Source: an uncultured bacterium
GTDB lineage: Bacteria > Babelota > Babeliae > Babelales > Vermiphilaceae
NCBI GenBank assembly: GCA_963707655.1
Contig: OY970172.1
Location: forward strand, 576,001-640,000
Direction of reading: 5' to 3'
Length of the DNA: 64,000 nucleotides
Below the pieces are notes generated by a model. It did not search any database. It was given only the letters and a program-made list of their open reading frames with translations, and was not told the DNA's origin. Every line of letters starts with the position of its first letter. Position 1 is the stretch's first letter. Both the position numbers and the translations under genes were made by a program. This document shows positions 1-9,162 of the stretch, piece by piece.

Positions 1-1919
1 TCACCGACTAAAAGATTGTGGGCAGTAAGTGATGATAAGCCGGTGCCACCATGAATAACCGAGACAGGCGACGTTAAATTTACCACCGGAGAATTGGTTG
101 TGCCGGTAATATTTATACCGGTGCCACCGACAACCGTGGTTACTGCACCACTAGAACTGACTGGTTGCCATGTTGGTACAGATGATGAGCCGGTGCTGGT
201 AAATACATAGTTAACATTAGATTGTCCTGCTGATGCACTTTGGAGTGCTCCTGTGCCCGTTGTTCCGCCAACAATTGGTGCGTACGAAGTGAAGCTTGTC
301 TCACCCGTGCCGCCACCTGCTACTACGGCCGTGCCAAATGAAGGTTGTGCTGCAACGCCATTAGAAATTAATGGAATGCCGCTTGTTGATGAAGGGGCAA
401 TTGTTGCGACTGCTGAAGTGCCATTACCGGCGACAAGACTATATTGAGGGATGCTTGTTAGTCCCGTTCCGCCATAAGAAACACTCAAAGGCTGGGTTAC
501 ATCGATATTTAATGAATTGACACCGGGAGTAAACGTGAGTGTATCGCCGGTAGAGGTAAGCGCGGCAAAAGCAGGCGCTGCTCCTGTTGCACCCAGTAAC
601 ACTTGACCATTGGTGCCAAGAGCTAGCGATGTTAATGATCCCGATGAATTACCGATTTGAACAGCGTTCGTCGTTGTGCCTGCAACATTAACCACTGGCG
701 CTGTTTGGGTGCCTGTGATTGATATATTATTGCCGGCGTTTACTGAAGTTACTGCGCCACTCGAACTGACTGGTTGCCATGTTGGCAGACTTGTTGATCC
801 GGTACTGGTTAAAACATATCCAGGATTCAATTGACCGGTTGACGCACTTTGCAGAGCGCTTGTTGGTGATGTGCCGCCAACTACCGGTGCATAGGGAGTA
901 AAGCTAATATCGCCGGTGCCGCCATTTGCAACCGCTACCGGTACCGTTAAATTAACCACAGGATTCATTGTTGGTGTTCCCGTTATAGTTATTCCGGTGC
1001 CGCCGGTTACTGAATTTACCGTTCCTCCTACCGTTGGCGAAAGCCAGATGGGCAAAGCAGAAGCGCCTTGGCTCGTTAAAATGTAGCCCGTGGTGCCGGG
1101 TGTGATAGAAGTTAAAGATCCGGAAGCGTTACCAACTTGCACCGCATTAAGTGTAGTACCTGAAACACTTACCGTTAATGTCGATCCTGAGCCCGACGTG
1201 GTTATATTATTACCGTTGCCAGATATAGTTACAATGCTTCCCGTTACTAATGAACCTGAATTTCCCATAATAGCGCTAATGCCGCCTGTACCCCCGCCGG
1301 GTAAAGAACCCAATTGGCCATCAGGGTTAACCACGACAAAATCAAGAGGGCCCGCAGGACTGACTCCATATATATTGCCTAATGTGAGGGTTCCGATGTT
1401 ACTTGAACCGACAGATAGATCATCAATAGTTGCTCCTCCATTTACCACTAAACCGGGTCTATTATCCTGACTATTGATACTGACCGGACCATAGGTGGTT
1501 AAGTGGTTTTGCACTACCAAGGAATCAAGCACACGCAAGCTTGCAACCGCTGCTCTGTGTGGCTCTTTTTGTAGGAGCTCATATTCTGTTTTCAATTGTT
1601 GTGCAAGCCGATCAGCCTGCCAATCATCCGCAGTTTTCTGCTCAAGCAGAATAAGAGCGCTGTTGAGCGCATCGGATAACACCGTATCATCCATGCTTTC
1701 ATCGCGCAGAAGTAAAGCATGTACATTTTGTAATGATTCATCACATTCAATATTTTGATCAATAACAAAAACAAAAAAACTGACAAGAGCATCGCGTGCG
1801 GATTCAGCAGCAGGACATGTATCAGAGGTTAGTAATGTTTCGACTTCATAAGGCTGCTGCTCTACGTATGTTGTATGACTGAATAATAAAATGGTAAAAA
1901 AAAGACACATTTTTTTCAT
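1..1919 (-). CDS. Large secreted Gly/Thr/Ser/Val-rich repeat protein (fibre/adhesin-like); runs off the left edge
   Basis: Manual translation from ATG 1919: MKKMCLFFTILLFSHTTYV (signal-like), a helical region, then repeats such as VAVANGGTG, YVLTSTGSTSLPTWQPVSSSGAVTSV and AVQ(V/I)GN(A/S)SGSLTS. No stop seen before the window edge, which explains its absence from the ORF track. Confidence 0.85.
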   Translation of the reverse strand, partial: MKKMCLFFTILLFSHTTYVEQQPYEVETLLTSDTCPAAESARDALVSFFVFVIDQNIECDESLQNVHALLLRDESMDDTVLSDALNSALILLEQKTADDWQADRLAQQLKTEYELLQKEPHRAAVASLRVLDSLVVQNHLTTYGPVSINSQDNRPGLVVNGGATIDDLSVGSSNIGTLTLGNIYGVSPAGPLDFVVVNPDGQLGSLPGGGTGGISAIMGNSGSLVTGSIVTISGNGNNITTSGSGSTLTVSVSGTTLNAVQVGNASGSLTSITPGTTGYILTSQGASALPIWLSPTVGGTVNSVTGGTGITITGTPTMNPVVNLTVPVAVANGGTGDISFTPYAPVVGGTSPTSALQSASTGQLNPGYVLTSTGSTSLPTWQPVSSSGAVTSVNAGNNISITGTQTAPVVNVAGTTTNAVQIGNSSGSLTSLALGTNGQVLLGATGAAPAFAALTSTGDTLTFTPGVNSLNIDVTQPLSVSYGGTGLTSIPQYSLVAGNGTSAVATIAPSSTSGIPLISNGVAAQPSFGTAVVAGGGTGETSFTSYAPIVGGTTGTGALQSASAGQSNVNYVFTSTGSSSVPTWQPVSSSGAVTTVVGGTGINITGTTNSPVVNLTSPVSVIHGGTGLSSLTAHNLLVG

Positions 1920-2310
1920 ATATATACTCTCTCTTAATTTTTGATGATCAGCCATTGCTGATTTAATAAAATAAAAAAATAAAAAAAGCAACATTTTGTT
2001 TTGTTGTTTTTTTCAACAATGATGAATAGTATGCTGCTCATAATTTTAGTGCAATGTAGAATTAAAATTTTTCTAAATTATTATTCATTAATTGATAGTG
2101 TTATTGAATCATAATCGTCGCTGTGCTCGCAGCATGGTAAACGCTCTCTCTTTTTCAAGATCGATTTCGTAGCGATTGTACGGTTCCATCAAAACTTATG
2201 ACTCCTTTAGGAAAAAACTTGTATTTTGTTATGCAGCTTCATATTATTATGGGTACTATAAAAAATTTGAGGTACAAGTTATTAAAAATAAAAATAGTAA
2301 GGAGCTTGAT

Positions 2311-2658
2311 ATGAAAAAATTGGTACTGCTTAGCGGCATTCTCGTAAGTTTTTCTGTCTGCGGAATGGATGATGCAGATAAATCAAAAGGAAAGCCATCA
2401 TTCTCTCTTCCTCTTGCGGGATTAACTAAGGCAACAAGTTCTGATGATGCGGCAGCCACGACACCTAAATCTAAATCATTTATAAAAACAACACCGCGAG
2501 AACGATCTGATTCCAATCCTGGTAGTTCTCCTCGATTCCTTGTAGGACGACATCCATCACCGAGTACTGAAAGAGCTATGGCAGAATACGCGATGAAACG
2601 CAAAGGATCTGGTTCAAGCATGGAGCAAAAACCAAGCTCTTCTTCGAGTAATAAATAA
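2311..2658 (+). CDS. Small secreted Ser/Lys-rich low-complexity protein
   Basis: AAGGAG RBS before ATG 2311; signal peptide MKKLVLLSGILVSFSVCG followed by MDD; terminator downstream. Confidence 0.75.
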   Translation: MKKLVLLSGILVSFSVCGMDDADKSKGKPSFSLPLAGLTKATSSDDAAATTPKSKSFIKTTPRERSDSNPGSSPRFLVGRHPSPSTERAMAEYAMKRKGSGSSMEQKPSSSSSNK

Positions 2659-2692
2659 AATATAATCGTCACTAGTTTAAAACATTCAAGAT

Positions 2693-2722
2693 AAAAGCGT
2701 TTGAGAAATCAGGCGCTTTTTT
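2693..2722 (+). terminator. Rho-independent terminator
   Basis: aaaagcgtttga-gaaa-tcaggcgctttttt hairpin with T tail. Confidence 0.7.
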
Positions 2723-2825
2723 ATTTTACTGCTTATCCTAAAAACATTTGGTGCTTTTAAAAAGCAGATGATATTTGCTACACTGTACGCAGTCATTAAA
2801 GTGAGATGTTTCCTGAAAGGTGATT

Positions 2826-3515
2826 ATGAAATTTATTTTTGGTAATGCATTGTGGCATTTGATTATGCAATCAGATATGGTGAGCTGGTTGGTGCTCCTT
2901 ACCCTGTTAGGCATGTCTGTTGCATGCTGGACAATATTTTTATACAAATTAGCGATGAATCGCATTAAACAAAAACATATTCAAGAATTAAAGCATAAGT
3001 TGAATGCAGCGCATACTGTTGAGGAACTCATCTTGTTGCAACGAGAATACGCGCGCACCATACCCGGCTATTTTTTGGGAAGCGTTCTTACTACACTTAA
3101 ATGGCAGCTTGAACCCAATGTTGCCGATGCAAAGGCAGCATCTGAAGGCCAGTTGCAAAATATTCAACAACATATGTATCAAGTAATTGACGACCTGGTG
3201 CATCATGAAGAATCATATATTTCATTTCTTTCTACAAGCGCCGCCGTCGCCCCTCTTTTAGGGTTATTTGGTACAGTCTGGGGCCTTGTGCATGCATTTA
3301 TTGGCATCAGCGAAAAACAGGCTGCAGATATTGCGGCCGTGGCTCCGGGGATTGCGCAGGCATTAACCACCACATTGGCCGGTTTAATGGTGGCGATTCC
3401 CGCCTTTGTTATGTTCAATTATCTTAACGCGCAGGTGCGTGGTTTTGAGCAGAAATTATATGCGTTGAATGATAAAGTAAATTTGCTCATTCAGCGTTTC
3501 TTTTTTGTACGTTAG
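2826..3515 (+). CDS. tolQ: MotA/TolQ/ExbB proton channel protein
   Basis: APLLGLFGTVWG and VAPGIAQALTTTLAGLMVAIPA motifs; first gene of a tol-like cluster. Confidence 0.9.
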   Translation: MKFIFGNALWHLIMQSDMVSWLVLLTLLGMSVACWTIFLYKLAMNRIKQKHIQELKHKLNAAHTVEELILLQREYARTIPGYFLGSVLTTLKWQLEPNVADAKAASEGQLQNIQQHMYQVIDDLVHHEESYISFLSTSAAVAPLLGLFGTVWGLVHAFIGISEKQAADIAAVAPGIAQALTTTLAGLMVAIPAFVMFNYLNAQVRGFEQKLYALNDKVNLLIQRFFFVR

Positions 3516-3522
3516 GAGATAC

Positions 3523-3939
3523 ATGATGAGTCATTCGCCCTATAAAAGAAGACGCGCGCGTCCGAGTTCGCAAGAAATTAGTTTAACACCGTTAATTGAT
3601 ACGGCTCTTACCCTGTTAATTATTTTTATGGTTACTACTCCCATGATGCATAACGCTATCAAAGTGAATTTGCCTCAAGGTAAATCTAATGAAGCTGGGG
3701 GACAGCAAGAATTGGTTGTCTATCTTACGTCAGATGAACAGCTTTTTTTTAATGGAATTCCTGTAACAAAAGACAATCTTGTTTCTACCGTGCAAAACGT
3801 AGTTAGCAAGCAAGCCGGGCGACCGGTGTTTGTTAAAGCCGATGAAAAAGTAAACTATGGGGCCGTTATGCATGTGGTGAATACATTAAAAATGGTAGGG
3901 GGTATTGAATATGTGGGCATGGCGACCAAACGTGCATAA
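3523..3939 (+). CDS. tolR: TolR/ExbD protein
   Basis: ISLTPLIDTALTLLIIFMVTTP and VFVKADEKVNYGAVMHV; AGGAG RBS. Confidence 0.9.
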   Translation: MMSHSPYKRRRARPSSQEISLTPLIDTALTLLIIFMVTTPMMHNAIKVNLPQGKSNEAGGQQELVVYLTSDEQLFFNGIPVTKDNLVSTVQNVVSKQAGRPVFVKADEKVNYGAVMHVVNTLKMVGGIEYVGMATKRA

Positions 3940-4744
3940 AAAATATCTGGTTCACACGCACCTTGTCTTGGCAATCGCAGGAGCTCATCTCCTGCTTTTA
4001 TTGCCCTGCTTTTTATTGGAACAGAGTGCACCGGTATATCATATACATATTAATAAAAGCATTATGGATAGCTCGCTGCCCATTATTTTTTTGCCATTCC
4101 AAGAAAAGGCTTTTGTGCAATCAAGTGCGCACGCTCCTGCTACAAAAAAAGCTTCTGCCCCCAAGCAAGCAATCAAAGCGGTAAAACAAGAAGCAGTTAA
4201 AGCTAAAAAAATAAAAGCTGCAGAAAAAGTTAGATTCTCACAGAATGAAAAAAAGCAGGAACAGAAAAAAGCTAAACCGGCGCCTGTTGTTGAAAAGAAA
4301 ATTGCAGCCAAGCCGATAGAAAAAATAAAGCCAAAAAAAATTGAGCAAAAAATAGCAGCTCAAGAAGAAAAACAGAAAAAAGAAATCCCCGAAGCAAAAA
4401 CAGTTACCGCGCAGCAAGCAAAAGCTGAAGAGACAAAAGAATTATCTACCGCCATTGATGCTTTATATGTTGGAAGAGCCGATCTTGACCAGTTGACCGT
4501 ACAACATGCAATACACAATGTATTTGCCGCTCATTGGCAACCGCCTATCGGATTATCTCCCGATCTTGCCTGCCATATTAAATTTATGGTGAATGCAAAA
4601 GGGGAAGTGCAAGAGATCGTAATGCTCGAGTCCTCCGGCGTGCTCATTTACGATATCGCTGTGCAAAACGCGCTACGTGAAAGCTCGCTACATTTGCCCG
4701 TCTGCGCGTACGGAAAAGAATTTTGCATAACATTTACACAGTAA
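3911..4744 (+). CDS. TolA/TonB-like energy transducer
   Basis: N-terminal TM with His, Lys/Ala/Glu-rich linker, C-terminal W.PP...ESSG...YD domain; lies between tolR and tolB. Confidence 0.8.
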   Translation: MWAWRPNVHKKYLVHTHLVLAIAGAHLLLLLPCFLLEQSAPVYHIHINKSIMDSSLPIIFLPFQEKAFVQSSAHAPATKKASAPKQAIKAVKQEAVKAKKIKAAEKVRFSQNEKKQEQKKAKPAPVVEKKIAAKPIEKIKPKKIEQKIAAQEEKQKKEIPEAKTVTAQQAKAEETKELSTAIDALYVGRADLDQLTVQHAIHNVFAAHWQPPIGLSPDLACHIKFMVNAKGEVQEIVMLESSGVLIYDIAVQNALRESSLHLPVCAYGKEFCITFTQ

Positions 4745-4759
4745 TAAAAAGGAACACCC

Positions 4760-6063
4760 ATGCAATGGTTTAAGAATAAGATAGAAAAAACATATGCGCT
4801 GTTTATTTTCTTTAGCCTTTTCTCTTCTGTTACGGCATTTGAAGTAAATGTCCGCTCAACGGGAAATAAAAAAATACCATTATTGGTAGCAATCATTGCA
4901 GAGCCATCTCGCTATGAAGAATTGCATGAAATTGGCGCCATTGTAAAAAATGATTTTGAATTCAGAAAACAGTTTGATATCACTATAAGAAAAATGCCGG
5001 CTGAATTAACAAAAAGTGCCATTGGCGCATTACACAAAGAAGGCTTTCCGCTCATCTTGTTTTTAAATCAGGATTCAGATACGACTATTGCATGGCGTTT
5101 GTATGGCACCCAACCCGTTGCCATGATGAAGGGGAAGAAGTATCTCAAACAGGGTAAAGAATTGCGTGGCTGGGCACATGGTATTTCTGATATGATTTGG
5201 CCAATCTTGACCGGTCAGGATGGTTTTTTTTCTACTAAAATTGCCTATTGCAAAGAAGAAGTGCTGCGCAACAATCGCTATGGCAAACATATTTATGTTG
5301 CTGATTACGATGGTGCCAATGCAAAACCTCTGGTAACCACTTTAAATATGAGTGTAGCTCCCCGTTGGAACAGAGATAGCCAAATGCCACTTCTCTTTTA
5401 TTCCGAATGTACTCCTTCAAATGTACGATTGATGGCCGTTGACATGCATAAGAAAAAAAGATTGTTTCAGATTTTGATGGGCTCAACATGTTGCCATCTT
5501 TTTCAAAAGATGGCAAAAGAGTAGTCTATTGTGCATCGCGCGGCGATGGCAATTGCCAAATCTACTATTATGAAAAAGGGACGTTTAAAAAATTAACCCA
5601 TAATGAGGGTAACAATATTTCACCCACGCTTTCAGACGATGGTGATACAATATTTTTCTGTTCTGATTTTCAAACCGGTAGGCCGCAAATTTATTGCTAT
5701 GATATGTCTTCAGAGCAGTTGGAGCAATTGACTGATTCCGGTTATTGCACTTCACCCGCTTATTGCCATCAAAAAAAGCTCTTGGCCTACACAAAAATAG
5801 TAAATGGACAAAATCAACTTTTTCTTTACGACCTTACCACTAAAGAACACCGGCAATTAACATTTGATAATGCTAATAAGGAAGAGTGCTGCTGGTCATC
5901 GTGTGGTACCATGTTGCTATTTGGTGCACGGGAAAGAGACAGCAGTCGCCTTGCTGTGCTTGATTTACTCAGCAACGAACAGCGCTTTATTACCTCTGCG
6001 GGGGATAAATGCAGCTATCCGGCTTGGTCAATGATTTACGGGGAATTTCCGCTGATCAGTTGA
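4760..6063 (+). CDS. tolB: TolB beta-propeller protein, split by one frameshift at ~5452-5460
   Basis: FSTKIAY, IYVADYDG and PD40-like repeats (PSFSKDGK, SPTLSDDG, YPAWS). Adding one A to the A7 run joins ORFs 4760..5524 and 5488..6063 (KKKKIVSDFDGLNMLPSFS). Confidence 0.85.
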
Positions 6064-6135
6064 TAATAATGCCCTGAGCAAGCTGCTTTTATAGATGCTC
6101 AAGCGCTTCATCTTGATTGTTCATCGATGCGGTTC

Positions 6136-6166
6136 AAAAGAAAAGGCTGCCAAAGATTTGGCAGCC
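6136..6166 (-). terminator. Terminator hairpin between convergent genes
   Basis: ggctgccaaa-ga-tttggcagcc with an adjacent A-rich run (U-rich tail on the minus strand). Confidence 0.7.
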
Positions 6167-6188
6167 CCAATACACTCTGTATGCACAA

Positions 6189-6578
6189 TTATTTTATTTC
6201 AATGTATTTACAGGTAGATATCTTATTAGTTGCTAGATCACGATAGGTAAAAAATTGTTGTCCTTCAACATATTGCTGTGCACTCATGCCACCTTGTGGA
6301 ACACAGTTAATAATTTGGACCATGCGCTCTTCAGCACCTATATAAGCATTATTTCCACTAAACCCTACTGATTGTCCTTTCCACTGCCCTTCAAGAATTA
6401 CGCCTGTTTTTGAATAGATAATGCCATGGTGGTGAATTATACGCCCGGGAGCGGCCACAACGTCACCGGCGGCTCTACCAACGTCGCCCACCGCATTACC
6501 AAGATTTTCAAAAAATTCTGCATAACTGCTCATGCTTACAAAACTTACCGTTATCATAAAAACATATGACAATTTCAT
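6189..6578 (-). CDS. Hypothetical secreted protein
   Basis: Signal peptide MKLSYVFMITVSFVSMSSYA; GNAVGDVGRAAGDVVAAP glycine-zipper-like segment. Confidence 0.7.
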   Translation of the reverse strand: MKLSYVFMITVSFVSMSSYAEFFENLGNAVGDVGRAAGDVVAAPGRIIHHHGIIYSKTGVILEGQWKGQSVGFSGNNAYIGAEERMVQIINCVPQGGMSAQQYVEGQQFFTYRDLATNKISTCKYIEIK

Positions 6579-6804
6579 AATAAACATCCCTTCTTTGTTA
6601 AGATACATATAATCTCATCTCTCATAAGCATACCATTTGCTAATTCATAATAGCAATATTTTTTAGATTTTATGTGCGCAAATAAAAACCTTTTTTACTC
6701 TCTTAAAATTCTATTATTCAGCAGCGCAAGAGCTATTGTTTTGTTATTTGCCGCTATAGTAATCTATTGATAATCAATAATGGGAAAATAGGAAGGGGAA
6801 CATC

Positions 6805-8388
6805 ATGAATAGAAAACATACTGCACTGAGCATAGCTTTTATAATATTTTTTGCTGCACAGGGAGCCCCTCTCTTTCATGCAACTTCATTTTTAAGCCCC
6901 CGCTCGCAAAGTACCAATGCAGCACGTGAATTGGTTGGCTGGCGAAACTATATAAATCGCGGCGATATGGATGGTTTTTATAGCGCATTTTATGCCTTGG
7001 CAGAATACGAACAATCGTACCGCCCCAATCGCATAGCGCAATATTTCTTTGGTCAACAACTTATTACTGTTTCGGGCAGTGCAAACACCAATCGCAGCAT
7101 CAATGATCTTTTGGCTGATTATTTTGGCCTTTCTCCCGCATTTGTGAGCGATGTTGCCATGTTTCCTCACGTAACCAATAGTTTACTTGAGCTCAATTGG
7201 TACGCAGGCTACAACGATTGGTTTTTCCGCATACATGTGCCCTTTGTCTGGAGCACCACCCACTATAAACTCAAAGAAACAATCCTTAATGACGGATCAA
7301 TGGTGCCTTTTCCCGCCCTGTATATGGCTGACGCCGCCGTTACCGCCCCTGCTACCTCATTCACCCAGGCAATTGAATCACAAGGTATTACGTATGGAGA
7401 GGTGACAGAAGGTCTTAATTTTAGTCGTATTGCCTGCAAACAGCACAAAAAAGGAGTGTCTGAGCCTCAACTAGCTCTTGGCTATAACTTTATTGCAGAC
7501 GAACTATCTCATATTGGTTTTGAAGCGCGCTTGAGTGTTCCAACAGGAAATAGATCAAAAGCACTCTTTTTATTTGAACCTATGATTGGCAATGGCCACC
7601 ATTGGGAGGCCGGTATTGGTTTTACCGGACATTGGACCGTTTGGGAAAAAGATTATACCCAAAGCATAGCTGTTTATCTGGATATTAATCTCATGCATTT
7701 ATTTGATGCACGACAAGTACGTTCATTTGATTTCAAGCAGCATGTATATGCCCCATGCACCGATTACACTAATTTTGGCAGCCGCTACATTTTGTTAAAA
7801 GAATTTAATGCTGCCGGTGATTATATTGGTACTACTATTCCCGCAGCAAATGTTACTACATTGCCCTGCAAAGTAAGAAACTCTATTCAGCTTGATTTAG
7901 CATTTATGCTTGGCTACTCAAGCTGTTGGGTTGATGTTGATCTTGGTTATGGCGCTTGGATACGCAGCAAAGAAAAAATTAAACTCTGCGCATCTCTGCC
8001 GGTGAACACGTATGGATTAAAAGGAATACAGAATGTATCGCTAGCCCCTTTAACACCGAGTAATGCTACACAAAGCGATGCAACGCTCAACGGCAATTAT
8101 TTCACCGATCAAACAATGGTGGAAGACGATCCATCGCCGGTATTTGTAAATACGTGTGATCTTAATCTGCACTCTGCAGCAAATCCAACAGCATTTACCA
8201 ATAAAATTTTCTGGAACATTGGCCACGCATGGGAAAATGAAGACAGAATATGTCGCTTCGTAATTCCGTTTGTAGGGGTTGGTGGAGAGGCTGAATTTGA
8301 AAGCCTTAATCCACGTCGAGTCACCGAGCCAAATCAAAATTCAATTTCTCAATGGGGCCTCTGGCTCAAAGGCGGCGTAACTTTTTAA
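6805..8388 (+). CDS. Secreted protein, probable outer-membrane beta-barrel
   Basis: Signal peptide, alternating amphipathic strands and C-terminal WGLWLKGGVTF beta-signal-like motif; shares GNxGHH-like motif with 30473..32140. Confidence 0.7.
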   Translation: MNRKHTALSIAFIIFFAAQGAPLFHATSFLSPRSQSTNAARELVGWRNYINRGDMDGFYSAFYALAEYEQSYRPNRIAQYFFGQQLITVSGSANTNRSINDLLADYFGLSPAFVSDVAMFPHVTNSLLELNWYAGYNDWFFRIHVPFVWSTTHYKLKETILNDGSMVPFPALYMADAAVTAPATSFTQAIESQGITYGEVTEGLNFSRIACKQHKKGVSEPQLALGYNFIADELSHIGFEARLSVPTGNRSKALFLFEPMIGNGHHWEAGIGFTGHWTVWEKDYTQSIAVYLDINLMHLFDARQVRSFDFKQHVYAPCTDYTNFGSRYILLKEFNAAGDYIGTTIPAANVTTLPCKVRNSIQLDLAFMLGYSSCWVDVDLGYGAWIRSKEKIKLCASLPVNTYGLKGIQNVSLAPLTPSNATQSDATLNGNYFTDQTMVEDDPSPVFVNTCDLNLHSAANPTAFTNKIFWNIGHAWENEDRICRFVIPFVGVGGEAEFESLNPRRVTEPNQNSISQWGLWLKGGVTF

Positions 8389-8391
8389 TAG

Positions 8392-8830
8392 AATAGAAAT
8401 CCGTATACAATTGAAGTTACTTATCAAGACGTAAGAGATCTGCAAACATTAACTTTTACTCCGGACAAGACCATTCTTATATCAGGGCTTAGTAATCTGA
8501 TAAAGATGCATGACATTGTAACCGGAAAATGCATCCAGACATTCACCTACTCAGATGGCAAGGTGACAACTCATCAAGACAATCAACCGGCCCACAAGGT
8601 CGACACCAATGTTGCACAAGTGTTGGATTATGATTCTTCTGATTCAAAAAAACACATTTTTGCTTCACCTGAAAGATTCCAACCATGCGTCGGTTGTAGA
8701 TTTTCATATGCGAGAACCTAATGGAATCAGATCTGGATTTGACTTCAATGATGACAGAACAGTATTTGCATTAGCCACAATCCATCAACCTGAAGAAAAT
8801 AATTATATTGAAGCTTGGGAAATCGAATAG
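8392..8830 (+). pseudogene. WD40-repeat gene remnant
   Basis: Frame reads LTFTPDKTILISGLSNLIKMHDIVTGKCIQTF (WD40-like) with no upstream start; a frameshift near 8670 leads into FDFNDDRTVFALA...IEAWEIE. Confidence 0.6.
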
Positions 8831-8871
8831 GTCGATCAATATCGTAGCGATAAAATCTGAGGAAAATGAGT

Positions 8872-8900
8872 AGCGGGGGCTTAAAAACCCCCGCTTTTTT
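8872..8900. terminator. Terminator hairpin at acpP 3' end
   Basis: agcggggg...cccccgct followed by a T run. Confidence 0.7.
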
Positions 8901-9160
8901 TAATTATTGTTTTTTGTACGCAATTCATGCACATAATCAACAACTTGTTCTACCGATGTTAATTTTTCTGCATCCGCATCGTTGATTTCTATGCCAAAAT
9001 CTTCTTCAAGCTTCATCACTATTTCAACCATATCAAGCGAGTCAGCACCCAGCTCTTGAAACGAGCGTGCGCGCTCTACGGCAGCTTTATCAACGTTTAA
9101 TTTTTGCGCTACGAGGGTAACAACTTTGTTATACGTATCTTGTCTATCAATGTGTGCCAT
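8900..9160 (-). CDS. acpP: Acyl carrier protein
   Basis: LGADSLDMVEIVMKLEEDFGIEI phosphopantetheine motif. Confidence 0.97.
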   Translation of the reverse strand: MAHIDRQDTYNKVVTLVAQKLNVDKAAVERARSFQELGADSLDMVEIVMKLEEDFGIEINDADAEKLTSVEQVVDYVHELRTKNNN

Positions 9161-9162
9161 AG

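Noticed and set aside
253..1758. Plus-strand ORFs 253..447, 1090..1470 and 1495..1758
   Set aside because: Antisense shadows of the long minus-strand repeat gene.
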